The notes under the pieces were generated by a model. It made no database searches and had not been told where the DNA came from. It saw nothing but the letters and a program-made list of their open reading frames with translations. DNA of 63,823 bases, filler included, from Collodictyon triciliatum (Eukaryota): assembly GCA_043381765.1 (NCBI GenBank). It is 11 parts of 11 records of this genome, joined end to end, with 100 filler letters (N's around TTAATTAATTAA, not from the genome) between each part and the next. Parts side by side here need not be neighbours in the genome. Positions count along the whole stretch, not along the records: positions 23,210 to 29,285 come from JBHJMP010004728.1; positions 29,386 to 35,461 come from JBHJMP010004729.1; positions 35,562 to 41,661 come from JBHJMP010004730.1; 8 more parts are not named here. One strand, 5' to 3'. Shown in pieces: positions 23,385 to 37,329 of the stretch. Within the stretch, counting starts at the first letter, position 1, and the number at the start of each line of letters is the position of its first letter. A program made the translations under genes and the position numbers.

Positions 23385-25651
23385 CACTGATGCATCGCTA
23401 TCCTCGTTGCGATGGTCATCTCCTGCCTCAGCACGCCATCGTTTATTCTTGCATAAAGCACCTCGTGTTAAAGTGTACAAAAACGGTGACGATCTGAGCC
23501 CTGATAAGTGGTTAATATATTCCTTGGCAAGTAACTTCGGACAGGTATGTATTTTTCACATCTGAAACCTAATATTAAATTTTGATTTTGGGTAACGTAA
23601 ATATTGAGTTTCATATACCAATTGAAGAGATAAATTTGATGATGGAGTATTTACTCCATGATTTATGATTAACAAATAATAATAATAACGCGACCACCTT
23701 TTATTAGATCCTAGCTGATGTGGCTATTCTATTTTCAATGCCTCAGAAAGCGAGAGAGCTATACTCGAAGGATGGGGATATGCTGACGTCCTGTGATCAA
23801 TTTACAGATGGAATGATTGTAATCGCCTCTTTTGGTGAAAAATTTAACTATAAAAAATATTTAAGCCAAGGTACGATGAGAATGCAGATGACCAATTGTT
23901 GAAGTTATCGATATGATACATTTCAGTTCAAAAAAACAATAGATTTGACGAGTATAAATAGATAAATACATTCTATGTATGCGTATTTTCATTCAACTGC
24001 GATATAAATTCTTTTTTATTGCTCAAAATTTGCACGACACAAACTTCATTCTATCGCAGATGATTTTAACCAACTTCCTCGAGTGTGCAAATACTGTCAT
24101 CACTTCTTCTCTCCTGGAGACAACAAGTCAAAGAGTTGCTCATATCATGCTTTGGATTACTTTAAGGGATTTTGGGTGTGTTGTGGACAAGAAAGTCGCT
24201 CTGCACGGGGATGCAAACTCGGATATCATACGGATCCTAAGGTGATTATCCGTTATAAAACATCATGTAAATGAATGTTTTATTGCCCTCTCATATATCA
24301 TGTTTTCAGATTAGTTACTGATATTTTGAAATATTTTTACATCATACTAATCAGTACGATGAAGACCTAAACACAGTAAGCTCAAAAAAGTGTGTTTATT
24401 TGTACTTGAATGGATTTTTAATTGACGGGAAAGGAATTGCAGTAGAAATACCATCAAAGCTGGAGGTGGTAAGAGACTTTAAACCTGCATGGCAGTTCTA
24501 TCATTCCTTGTAAGACATGTGACATAATCATGAAAATCGAAAATGGGCCGAATTTTTTAGTAACAAATCTTAGCTCATTGAAAACTGTAGCAGAAAACTG
24601 AACCTTCCATCTTTACCGACTCATATTTTCACTGATAAAGGTTAATTTCATTCTTTTCCTGATGTATAACTTTTTTTAAGAGAAAATAAAGAATTTAACA
24701 TCATACCAAAAGCTGGCCAGCTTGAAAACATATACATTTCACAAGGACTTCAAATATCACGAGTCAATCAGCTGGTGGATGGTATGAACATAATTGTTTC
24801 CACCGGTGACCGATTCCGATGGAGTCTATATCTTAGCCAGGGTATCACACAACATCATAAAATTATGATTTTTTTGCACGTTGTTTATCAGAAGAACCGA
24901 ATCTAGTAGGAATGATACAGTTGTAGTTTTTTTTTGTTTTTTGTTTTTTTACATATTTTATTTGGAATGCGTGCTTCTTTTAAAAAAAATTGTCTTTCAA
25001 AAGACGATTTAAAAGTTCTACCCAGAATATGCTCCAGATGCAAATCCAACTATACCGCAGAATTCAATCTCCCAACTTCGTGTCACTTCCATTCGGACAT
25101 ATTTCATTCAACAAAAGGGGTATGTAAATCGAATAGCATAAGTACGTATCAGTGAATATTTTTGCATTGAAAATAATATATATATATATCCCAGTTGAAA
25201 ACCTTCCTATAGCATTTCTACTCACGATAAATAAATGTCCGAAACTCCACAAAATGGAATATCATTAGTACATATCCTTTTTATTTAGGTTATCGCTTGA
25301 TGCCCCAATTTAATTAACATCATTAATTCGCAAAAAAAAAGCTTACTGAAGAAATCCTTCATAATTTTATATGTACTTTATTTCTTTATCTGTGAACCAG
25401 ATTAATTTAGGTTGTTTAATTTATTTCAATAATACCTTTCTTATCACCCTTTTTCTCATGAACCCCACCTGCAGTTCAAAAAGTAAAGTGATTTGAGTAT
25501 GTGTTCACAAAAGTAATCATATAATATATGCATATGACTTTTTAAACTTAACCACCGGACTGGATATGTTGTCGTAAAAGAAACAACAAAGGGAAGCAGG
25601 CAACAGGTTGTCAAACGACATACCACTTTGATACTCGGTTTATACAACAAG
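23385..25651 (+). CDS. Protein with tandem [doublecortin-like domain + Btk-type zinc finger] modules; partial
   Basis: Module 1: RVKVYKNGD..FGQ|ILADVAILF..ARELYSKDG..IVIASFGEKF, then CKYC..NKSKSCSYH..GFWVCC..ARGCKLGYH. Module 2: ..GLQISRVNQLVDGMNIIVSTGDRF, then CSRC..CHFH..KG|DWICC..ATGCQTTYH. Confidence 0.65.
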
Positions 25652-25705
25652 GTTTTAAATTACACCTTTTTTGTTTTAGTTTTCGTTTTTCTTTTATTTA
25701 TTTAC

Positions 25706-25752
<47 letters not shown>

Positions 25753-26814
25753 CTTATTTATTTATTTATTTTTATAATAAAAAAGAATAAGCGTTTGCCT
25801 TATTTCTGTCTATCGTGACTTAATCATCTTTATCTACGCACAACAGCGCACAAATTGTCCTTGTTTGAATTATTAAAATGAAACCCTTTTTACCAACCTA
25901 ACCCAGAACCGCTTGCAACAACAACGCTGATTCACGAGCTTGAATAGTTCGGCTACGGAAGGGCGTCTTCTGGGCTCGCTTGCTCGTCCTCCTTTTTGCT
26001 TGATTCGAAGCCACATTCCTTCATCATATCTAATTCTCCCGGCTTTTTGGGCGTCTCCTGCAGATTCAATCTTTTGAGGTTGGGTGGATTGTTTTTCTGT
26101 CCGGAATAATCCAAAAAGTCCTCGCATAGCAGATTACAAATAGATTACATTCAAATAAAACGATGGAACAGAAGAAAGAAGGAAGGAAGGAAGAATAAAC
26201 GATCAAACATAAGTATAAAGCGATCTAAGTCAGAGGGCCATCAAGAACTAGCAAAGAGAACCTTCTCAAAGGGGAGCTCCTTCGGTCTAGAGGCTGCGTT
26301 GTACTGCGGTTGACCTGTCCTGAGCTCGGCTTTTTTTTTCCTTTTTATATTCTTGAGGAGTTTTTTTTCCTACGTTTCATCATAGGTCGTGGTTACTTCG
26401 TCGATCTTCGTAAACGAACAAGGAGACAAACGCAATAAAAGAAGATGGGTACCGTTTTCTCTTTCCTTTTCCTTTTTCTTTTTCTTTTTCTTTTTCTTTT
26501 TTCTTTTCTTTTTCTTTTTCTTTTTCTTTTTTCTTTTCTTTTTCTTTTCTTTTTCTTTTCTTTTTCTTTTCTTTTTCTTTTCTTTTGCATCCCTTTATCT
26601 ATCTCTCCTTTATCAAATGGTTTATTTATGCGAGCTCAAAAACATGTGCACATACATTTTCTTTTTCAGTCTGACATTGCGATGCAGGATATGTTGCAAT
26701 GAACCCCTGAATGTTTTTATTTTGTGCTAAACGGCGCTTCACTAACTATCATTTTCTTATTGTTATTAATATCCTGTAATTGCGTATCCCCGCTGCTTTT
26801 GAATGTTCATATAG

Positions 26815-29142
26815 ACCAATCATGCACCAAAGAAGAAGGAGAAACTCAGGTTTTTTTGTTCTATGATTCTTTCTGTACGAATAATAGATAGCTAAGTCAT
26901 TATTTGCGTATCACTAGCCACTCAAGACTCCTGCTCTAAAGTCACCACCTATCTGTATTCGATGTCGTGATAAAGTGTCTAATATTCTGGTTATTCGTTC
27001 TGCATATTGCAGGTCTGAGCACTAATCATTTCCATTAGTGTTTTATTTACTGAATGTAATTATTCACTGAACGGAAATTATTCACTTACGAATCTACAAA
27101 ATGTACTTAGCTCAAATGATTTTTGCTGAAAGAGCTTTCATCAATAAGGAAATTTTAATGGTTCTTTAAATCTTCTTATGTGCTTGATTAATTAAAAAGG
27201 CATTCGCATTTATCAATAGGGAGTGCTTTGACAATTTTTTTGAACACCGATTCAAGATTAATTTGACCCGAGCCCGCACATCCGAGGATAAACGACAACA
27301 ACTAAGAATTCTGATTGCGTTGAGTGGCGGGCCTTCCTCTAGGTATATTTATATGTATTACTAACAGTATTTTCACCCTAATGTCACGTATAAAAATAAT
27401 CGTTCGAACGAATGTAGTTTTCTCTTTCATCGTATGTATCATTTGTAATTATTACTATTATTATTACTATTATTATTACTATTATTATTACTATTATTAT
27501 TACTATTATTATTACTATTATTATTACTATTATTATGAATATTATTATGAATATTATTATGAATATTCCCTTTCATCGGCTGTGTAGCTATCCTGAAAAA
27601 ATTCCTCCAGCGATTCGCTCTCTCTTTTTTTTTCTTTACATTTATTTAACTGTGCCACAAATTCCAGAGCCATTCTTCATCTGCTTCATCAGATGGTGTT
27701 TGCAACAAGAAAGAAAATCTTCGTGACGTTTGCAGCCGCATTTATCGACGAAGGAAGTTTACTAGATCTCACTGACTTTGAGGTGCAAAAGAACAAATCT
27801 ATAAAACATAATATATTTTTTTATGTTTGTGTAATATTCCAAATTAAAAGTATTTTATGCTTTGATAGAGAGAGGAGAATCGAAGACAAATTGCCGAACT
27901 TTGCAATTCATACAAGGACAAAATCCCACTTTTTTTACATAATCTTGAAGATGTTTTCAAAGGCATCTCTCCAGAAATTGCCAATTTGAATGAAACTACT
28001 GCAGAGACTCCGGAGCCGACACGTATTTACGTTTAAAAATACCTGATGATCAAATTTATCTTTTTTTTTCTTTTGTGCTTTTACTTCCACTTGCATAATG
28101 AATATGGATTCCTTCCTACAGACGATGTTGACACAAAAAAAGTTTTAAAAGAGTTGATGAATGGAATACCGTCACAAACCTCAAAGTTGGTGTTTATTAG
28201 CATATCCCAATATGATTCACGAAACTATGCTCTTGTGTTTATATATAAACTGTCTCACAAAAATATAGAGAGGATATTCTCCTTTACTTGCGAAACCAAC
28301 TTCTTTATCGTATAGCTGCCGAAAACGGGTGATTAATTCAAAAAGATAAATTAAGAGAGTCCACTCCCTGCATTTTTTTTTGAATTCATGAAAGCAAATT
28401 ACTCGCAGTGACTGTATAATCTGAATTTATTATGTTTATATAATACTAAAATGAAACTGCCAATGTGGAATTAAATAATGAAACATCCGGCTTGTATTGT
28501 AAAATTCTACAGGTTTGAATGTGTTATGAGAGGTGAATCTGCTACTCGACTCGCCATCCGTACGATATCAGCTACCTGCAAAGGAAGAGGGTTTGCATTG
28601 CCGTTGGAAGTAGGACATTCAGACACACGCTATTCAGGTTTGTAACTCACAGCAGATTTCATCTACTTCTATTATTTGTAATCATACCTAATGAATTTAC
28701 CTCGTCATTTGTGATGAAAACTATCATTCTGTAAAGCACATCCAAGTTGATATACCCCCTATCTATATTTTTTTTCATGTAGTTTTTTTTATTCTTCCTT
28801 TTTAATGGAGTTGTTGAATGTGACTACAATTCAGTATCCCTCTCAAATATGTGCCAATCAAAAGGTGTCAATTTTGTTCAGCCACTTCGTGATTTTCTTG
28901 ATAAAGAAATCATATACTACAATCGCATTCATAATCTCCAAACGGTGTTTATCCCTACTCTTGGAACTAAGGTTCTTTATTAAAACTTTTACCTCTCGTT
29001 TTTCCGGATTAATATCTGATCATTGATTTCGATGCGGGTTTCCATTTTGCCAATACAGCTTAGCATGAAAGCAAAAGAAAAAATTCTCAACCTTTTAACC
29101 TTCAGAAATCTGCAAAGTCGAGTATGAATCTTTTGGCTGAAG
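26815..29142 (+). CDS. CTU2: Cytoplasmic tRNA 2-thiolation protein 2; start uncertain, 3'-truncated at the linker
   Basis: CIRC..AYC|RECFDNFFEHRF, ILIALSGGPSS, FIDEG, GESATRLAIRTISATCKGRGFALP and QPLRDFLDKEIIYY. Confidence 0.88.
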
Positions 29143-29456
29143 GTCTACTCGCTTATTTTTTTTTCTGCCTTTGTCTCTTTTCTAATTTTTATCTTCTTTT
29201 TATCTTCTTTTTATCTTCTTTTTATCTTCTTTTTATCTTCTTTTTATCTTCTTTTTATCTTCTTTTTATCTTCTTTTTATCTTCTNNNNNNNNNNNNNNN
29301 NNNNNNNNNNNNNNNNNNNNNNNNNNNNNTTAATTAATTAANNNNNNNNNNNNNNNNNNNNNNNNNNNNNNNNNNNNNNNNNNNNCCTTTTTCCTTTTTT
29401 TTTCTTTTCCTTTTTTCTTTTCCTTTTTCTTTTCCTTTTTTCTTTTTCCGTTTGGA

Positions 29457-32400
29457 TTATGCATAGCGATATGTGCATAAGACGTGTTGTTTCGTGTGAT
29501 CATTTGAGTTTTCTGAGCGGATCACAAAGCACGTTTTGTCGCGCGGCTGCAAAGTTTCTTTGCCTTTGCACACCTTTTGATGATACCAAATCGCGCCGTC
29601 AAGCGGGAAAGATAACTCCATACCGGGATAAACCCACGAAAGTACCACCCTCTACTAACGGATACTTCTGATTAAGACTAAATTCTTATAAAATATTGAA
29701 ATATTCGGTGAAAACTGACTGTGGTGCTTCTTTATATGGAAGGCGTTGAAAAGTAACGGAATCCATAACAGAAAGCAGAAAGTATTTGAGATTAGGTAAG
29801 AAGTTAAAATAATCTATATGATTTATACATATTGTTGTTTTTCTGAGTATAATATATGCGCGCAAGTATTTTGGTCACACAAAATCCAAAATTAAGTCTA
29901 TTTGATATAATTTCCAGAAATGTAATGAGCAGCAACGCATCTTTGTAGCCTCTTCGATGTTAATGCCGCATTGTATATTTATTTTCCGTTTGCTCTCTGC
30001 CTTGGTTCCAACTTCCAATCGACAAGCTGCAATCTTGGGTTGCGCAGATTTATCAAGAGCCAAGAGATCTCTGCACCTGAATAGAGCGAAGTAATGGTAT
30101 AAACAACAATACTCAAGGCAAGGAACACAGATTTGTCATGGAGTATTTGCGGATTCAGACTTGAGTAAACCTGGTGGAGCAGATACTTTGTTTTGTATAG
30201 CTGGTGGTTGAGCTCCAAGTCTCCAGTTCCTTGATTCTCCATATTCCCAATTAAATCGTGAATTTTATGGCACACAATGGAAAACTAATGGTTGATGCAA
30301 ATTAAAAATGTGTTAATATAATTTGTGCGGGGGGTCGCTTGCGCTATAGTGAAATTGATATTGCAATGCCACAGGCGGATGTTCGATAATAATAGAAGGA
30401 ATCACATCATTAATATTTCCTGTTGACGAAGGGGGGATACTTGAAACAAAACCAGAGACATTGGACATTGAAGACAGTGAAAACTGAATGACATATCTCT
30501 CGAATGTGTCCCTCAGCCTAGTTTAAACATATAATTTCACGACGATAAGCATAACGGAAGAAATCTGAATCGCCGGTTTACTGAAAATTCACATCGATAG
30601 CCAGCGGAAAAATTCACAAATACATTATATACTTTTCAAAATATTGTAAAACGCTCGATGGAATAGAGCGGCTCGACTCTTTTCTCATAAAACTTGTCTG
30701 ATGGGTGTTCGTTGGTGCTTGGGTCTCTGAAAATAAAACAACAGGGTTAATACAGTAAGATTTTTTTTTTATTTGTTGTTGTAGCCCTATAAAAACACAA
30801 GGATATCGTGGGAAAAGGGTTACTTGGAGAAGAAGAGGAAGAATGTAGGGTATTGTGATTTGCAGGTGTTGTTGTGGCGGGTACGAAAATGCGCGGATTA
30901 TGGGCTTTTCTTGCATCTAAATCGAATTATTTTTGAAATGAAAACACGTAGTAAAGAAAATTAAAATAAAAAGGGTTATTAACAAAATGAACTACTCACT
31001 TCGATTTAGTTCATTTTGAAAATGCAAAATAATTGGACTATCTTGTTTTTTGGAAGGAGCCTATATATTCGATTTCTATTTAGAAAATAATTCCAGGATA
31101 TCATTCTCTTCATATTTGATTAAAATGTGAAGGGGCTATGTCCCTTTCTGTGTGTATGTCAACTGATAAAAAAAAGCATACTGATGAGATTTCAGCTGTA
31201 GAAAACCCTTCTGGATTACTTGAAGAAGTTGAGGATATGGTTTTAGTATTCCCTCAAAGAGCAAATTGAATCGAAAAAAAACCATACATCATATAGTTAC
31301 ATAGTTTCTCGTGAATATAAAGGAATTGAAGAAGCTTGGTAATGTTTGGCAGGGCTGCATTATTCTTAATTTTCCCGAAATATCTATTTTTAAAAGATAT
31401 CGTGGACATCATTTAAAAAAAGAAAAGAGGCGACTTGTGGGGTTTCGGATCAAAACACAGAGCCACATCAAATATTTCTCTATCTGTTATTGTTATTATT
31501 AATTAGAAACCCTCACATTATAAACGTGTTGTATGCTTCGTAATGACGATTCTCGGTTTGCAGCTCAGATATCAATTTCTGGATGACACGTTGCCTTTGA
31601 ATAGGCTCCTAATTTTTTTATGCAAATTTTATGATACACAACCTGGATTGGGAAAATAAGAAAGTAAAAGAGTGGTTATGGGGTTGCATGATACCTCACA
31701 AATCGAACGGAAATCAATATCCACTTCGCGAATTAAATCGTCCACAGGTGTTGTCAAACTGGGTGAAGTTAGACAAGCATTTAATATTTTGAACGAGTAC
31801 ACAATCAATATATCAATTTCAAAATGTTAAAGTGATCATATTCATGACTATATTTTGTCCTAAATAATATAGAAACATCTTCAAAAAATTATACGTAGCA
31901 ATTTCAATTCCGGGTGCAGTATCGACGTTATAAATAGCCGGGTTCTCTACCTGGACGGGAGTATTTCATCACATCTCATCGCAACCAAGACATTAGATAT
32001 AATTTTTTTGTGTATAAAGGTGTCAAAGTATTAGAAATGTTTAGCGGGAGGGATTTTGGGATATTCACCAACTCCCTCAGTTTTTGTGTCATGGGCTCCG
32101 AGTTTAGTAACGACGCATCAAAAACGCTGTGTGAATGTTCAGGGTTATGCACTTTGGCAAAAATGGTCGTCAATAAAACGGGGAGGGGATAGTCGATTCG
32201 TAAAACTCATACCTTTGGGTGCCCGACCGAGGCCTTGGGTTAGAATTGGTTTCATATAATCTATACGAGAAAGCAGTGGCCATCAGTCCAGCATAAATAC
32301 GATGTGCATACAAGTATAATTCCTTCTAGATATACCTTTCTGGAGTGTTTTTTGACATTTGTACTACTGTTGACGAAAATGATCGGTGGCGTTGTTGAAG

Positions 32401-34960
32401 GGGCCTTGAGGTTTCCTTCGGTGTTCTGAATAAATAGAATTTGTTAAATAATGTGGGTGCAAGAAATGCTTCAGCGAGAAAATATTCGTCTGCTTCATGG
32501 TTGTTCTCAATAATGACTCGTAGTGAAATTGATTGGAGACCATACTTTGATACTGGACTTTGGACATGAATATAGGTATTGACCCGAACGGCTAGTAAAT
32601 ATTAAGTGGATTATTACGCTTCACAGTTTCTTTCTATGCACAACATTAGATATTTTATATGTTAAGACAACGTGAATGGAAAATAAAAGCTCAAAAGCTA
32701 ATCAGCGAGAATTTGTTTGTTTATCTTTGAAAGTCAATCACAATATGGGGGTCTTTTTAAATAAAATATAAAAGGAGAAAACAACCTTCGTTCTCAGCGC
32801 ATTGGACTCTTGGATTAGAAATTACTTGGGATGATTTGGACTCCCGACTTAAAGGAATCGGAACGGACGCGCGTTGTGCTGATTTCATTGTTGATGGCTG
32901 AGGGTGAAATGAGTAGGACTGCGTTGGTTCCATAAGAGGAACAGCATTCATTTCTCGAATAGATGCGATGTCACTAAACTCACTCCCGATATGTGAGCTT
33001 ATAATCGATACAGAGTCATCATCTACAAGGATGATGAGAATGAGTATGACATGTTTATTTTCCTTTCAGATTCATTATTGGAGACCATGGAAAATATTAG
33101 TTTGAAAAAAAACCTTCTCTTTGTTTATTTCGGTTTCGATTTAGCCAATAAATTACCATCAATAGGGAGAAATGACAATGTCTTTGGGTCTATGGGTGCG
33201 CTCCAGCGACTTTGGGAGCTGTCAAGATAGTACAGTTCAGAATAATTTTGAATAGGCATTGAAAAAATATCATCTACACTTGAGAAAAAGAGAAGGAAAA
33301 ATGGTAACATTTGCAAAGTCGGAGTGTTGAAGTACGCAGCATCGTGGATTGAATGAAAAGTGTTTGAATATTCAGCCGGAATAGAGCGCAGCTCTGATTA
33401 TTATTAATTGAAGCCGATTATGATTTTTTTGAAAAAGTCAGTAAAAATAAAAAACTACGGTTATAGGATTTCAGATGACATTTTGTCTTTATATTGGTGA
33501 ATTCGAAAATTACGATGTTCAGGAGTTCGAATGAATGTGTGGTTATCTGATGAGACAACATCCATTTCTTTGATTACTTGGTGCTGACCATATATATTTT
33601 GTTTAAACGATGGGTCAAAAATGAATTGACTATATGATAAAGCATTATATATGTTAAATGGCTGGAGCAAACTCTATTTGGGGCCATAATTATAAAGGGA
33701 AGTGTTTTGATGGAGCCTTTGGTAAATATGTATCTGTACAAGATGAAGCGATTTCATACATGAGAACCATTCTCTAGTGTGGTAACTTTGACTGTATTTC
33801 CGATGGATATTTGACCAGATGAAATTTTTTCACAAAGAGGAGGGTTAACCAGAAACTCATAGGTGTTTCCTTGGTCGTCGGAAAGTCGCACAAAGTAGCT
33901 TAGCTCACTGCCATGGTTCAATATTTGAGAGATATTCGAGTCACTTTAGACGAGGATGTCTCAAGGAATGATTTTGTACCTCAAAAAGCAACCAAAAAAG
34001 CAACCAAAAAAGCAACCAAAAAAGCAACCAAAAAAGCAACCAAAAAAAACAAAAAACAAACAAAAAACAAACAAAAAACAAACAAAAAACAAACAAAAAA
34101 CAAACAAAAAACAAACAAAAAACAAACAAAAAACAAACAAAAAACAGCCAAAAATAAACAAACAAAAAAAGGTAAACAGGCAAACAACAAAGGGAATGCT
34201 GATTAAAAATACATATCAAAGTATCACAATTCTCAACGAGATGACATTCATAAAGTGGAGCGTCCGTGTCTTTGAATCAGAAAGCTCCTTATTCAATCAG
34301 AGCGAAAACAGGAAGCAAAATGAAATTAAATACTACAGTAAAAAAGAAAACCTGTTGGATTCGGATAAGTTGAGGTCGGCGGATATGATATGGACGACCT
34401 ACACTTGTTCACGAGTGAAAGTTGATGCCTGGATGAGCATATGATTGCACAAACAACCGGGTCACGTGTTTTCGGGTGCAATTATACACTCAATGTATGT
34501 ACAGGCACAATAAATCTATTTTAGCGGTTCTCTTGATCTCACCTTGAAAACAGAGTCGGTAAACTGTTTGCTCATCGGCACAACCGGGAAAACCTGCCAA
34601 GAGTACAAAGACGGGGTGTTTTGTTGATCACAGAGCCTATTCCCACAGTAACATAACTTGGCCGCTTTTTTTCTCTCTCCTTCTTTTGCTTTTCCTGTCT
34701 TTCTTTTTCGCATACTTTCCACCGATCAAGCACAAGATGAGTCGCCTCGATGTCATAAGCGGCTTTGCTTTGTCTCTTCGGTCTTCCTCGTTTTCCCAAC
34801 AAGAAACAGCTTTGCAAGAAGCAACAAAACCCACTGCATATTAGCATCCGTAGAATATATACCATATATATTATGCCATACAATCCACCGGAAGATTTTC
34901 CGTACTTTCTAATGCGGGCGAATTCAATGAAAGAGAGGGTCTCAAAGGCAACAGGCGCTT
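29457..34960 (-). CDS. Large multi-exon protein with an N-terminal RPA70N-like OB fold; 3' exons tentative and may include a second gene
   Basis: In-phase exons ..DSVFK|VVHIISADLNLSESNR|LSYFVRLSDDQGNTYEFLVNPPLCEKISSGQISIGNTVKVT resemble the RPA1 N-terminal OB pattern (Y.v.lSDG....f.l...l...i..g.i....vi.v). Many further GT-AG exons follow. Confidence 0.45.
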
Positions 34961-35703
34961 TGTCTCTTTGGGAACAAAAAAATACACCACGGTGACGTAG
35001 TACAAAGCCGTTACAAAGAAAACCCCATATTTGGATATTTTCATTGAATTATTATTCTACTTAGCCGAAAATAGCGACCGTTATTTCCGCAATAAAAAAC
35101 CAAACTGCCAGTTTAGTCCAGTGCGAATGAATGTTTCCTCCATTTTCCATATATGAACTATTTCAATGAATTCACGCAGTCACTCCACCAATTTTTTTGC
35201 AAGTGATTTTGTAATCAAATGCGCTGAAGAGTATTCGTTGCAGTCGGTCTATAAAGGATGAGTGAAGCGCATATTTAATGGCTTCGGCTTGACGAGCAGG
35301 GCGAACTCAAAAAGTCATTTTCCCGTCGGCCGAACGTGCGTGTGAGACAGGAGTTCGTTTCAAAGAACACCACAGCACATTGCAAAAGCAGCCCATTCTC
35401 ACCTGTCGACCCGTGCGTAGAGTTTTCTATATCTGCGTGCAAGTTTTGTTTGTTTGTTTGTNNNNNNNNNNNNNNNNNNNNNNNNNNNNNNNNNNNNNNN
35501 NNNNNTTAATTAATTAANNNNNNNNNNNNNNNNNNNNNNNNNNNNNNNNNNNNNNNNNNNNAATAAAGTATTTATTTTACGATATGCGACATATTCTTTT
35601 ATGCAATAGAAATGGTATGCATGTGTTCCTTTCTTCTTTTTTTTTTTTTTTTACTTCTGGATAATATGTGTGATTAAAATATGTATATACTATAGATATT
35701 TCA

Positions 35704-36757
35704 GTTACCGGGTTGGGTTACATTGCCCCAATTTTTGGTCATTGCAAATTCTCTTGGAGTTCAATTCCAACCCTCTCGTCATATCGAAACATGTTCTATC
35801 ATGAGTATCGAGCGTGGAAATCTTACATCTATTCCTGAATCAATATCTAAATTGTCCAATATTGTTACAGTAAAAAACTTCGTTAGAGGGGTGAGTATAT
35901 ATTTTGCTGCAATTGTATCTCTAAATTTATAAATATCCAACACTGATTTCGATATTGTTTTCCAATTACCCCAGCTTACTTGCTTGCCTGCGATTCAATA
36001 TATGACACAAATGACAAATTTTACGTCCAGATGTTTCGTATGGCTTGATTTTTCAATATTTAAAAAAATGGATATTTATATTGTTCCTTTTCAATTTGTG
36101 GTCTGAGAAATTTAAATTGCACATTTCTTCGAGATGTCGGTTGTCCCTGATGTCATAAGTAACCTACATGTGTTGAAATATCTTGATTTAACTGGAAATA
36201 AGGTTGTATTATAAACACGGAGTATTCCTTATTATAAATAATAATTGGCAATGCAACAAAAATCAACAGAAAGTTAAAAATTATCGAATTATAACAGTTA
36301 TCAGAATTGGCGGTTTGTCTCTCCACTTTATCAGCTTTGGAAACCCTTCGCATTGGAAACAACAATGTATTTTTTCATGAACAATTATTACATATAAAGA
36401 GAAAAACCATCTAAGTAAAGTCTATCCTCGATTAAATTTAAAAACATATATTTAGTTTAGGGAAATCCCAAAAACCGTCAGTTATTTTCAGAACCTTTGC
36501 TACTTTCATCTTGAGGTTAATCCTGTAGGATTAACTTTTATAACGATATAAACAGACTTAGATTTGGAATGAACATTCCATGTTTTGACATTCGTTAATT
36601 TTACTGCTGTATATTCTAATTATACAAACTATGATGAATTCTTCCTCTATTCGATTCCAGGGAACTGTTTTTGTAAAGAAATTATATTAATAATTAGATC
36701 TATGAATTGCCAGAGTTTATAACAGGACTCAAAAGACTACGTGTTCTTGGTATTGAG
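35704..36757 (+). CDS. Leucine-rich-repeat protein, internal fragment
   Basis: LRR units NLTSIPESISKLSNI, LSELAVCLSTLSALETLRIGNN, FREIPKTVSYFQNL and IYELPEFITGLKRLRVLGIE, roughly one per exon. Confidence 0.75.
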
Positions 36758-37157
36758 GTAAGCAAAATTTGAAATTAAGGTAACGAAATATGCGAGACTA
36801 CTTACAAAATAATGAATATATTGATAAAATTTAGGAGGTATGGAAATTTAATTGTTCTTGATTCCTTTCATCGTGTTCATTTCCTACGCTTCTTTTCTTA
36901 TTTCATGAATCCAATTTGGGTGTATTCTTTTTCTTCGTCTTTTTCTTCGTCTTTTTCTTCGTCTTTTTCTTCGTCTTTTTCTTNNNNNNNNNNTTCGTCT
37001 TTTTCTTCGTCTTTTTCTTCGTCTTTTTCTTCGTCTTTTTCTTCGTCTTTTACCATAATATCATATATCTCCCCTTTCATTTTATTTTATCCTCGCACTG
37101 GTGGGTGAAAAAGACATTCTCTTGACCAACCCAATTTGCAATCACCCAAATCGTCAG

Positions 37158-37329
37158 GTCTCTGACAAGCAAACAAGAGGAACTGATCCGCACGTTCGCT
37201 ATTGACAGTGGTTGGGATATGGGTGATGGCGAAGGAGCAAAATCGAATTCCGGTCAAAATGGCTCAAACTCAAAGCAGGGCATAATTGGGAGAGTGAAAA
37301 ACTTTTTCAATGGCCTCTTGAAGAAATAA
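37158..37329 (+). CDS. Terminal exon resembling a DnaJ (class A, organellar-type) C-terminus
   Basis: SLTSKQEELIRTFA...GIIGRVKNFFNGLLKK* matches the DnaJ tail pattern LT..Q.ELL..FA...G....vK..F. Confidence 0.5.
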
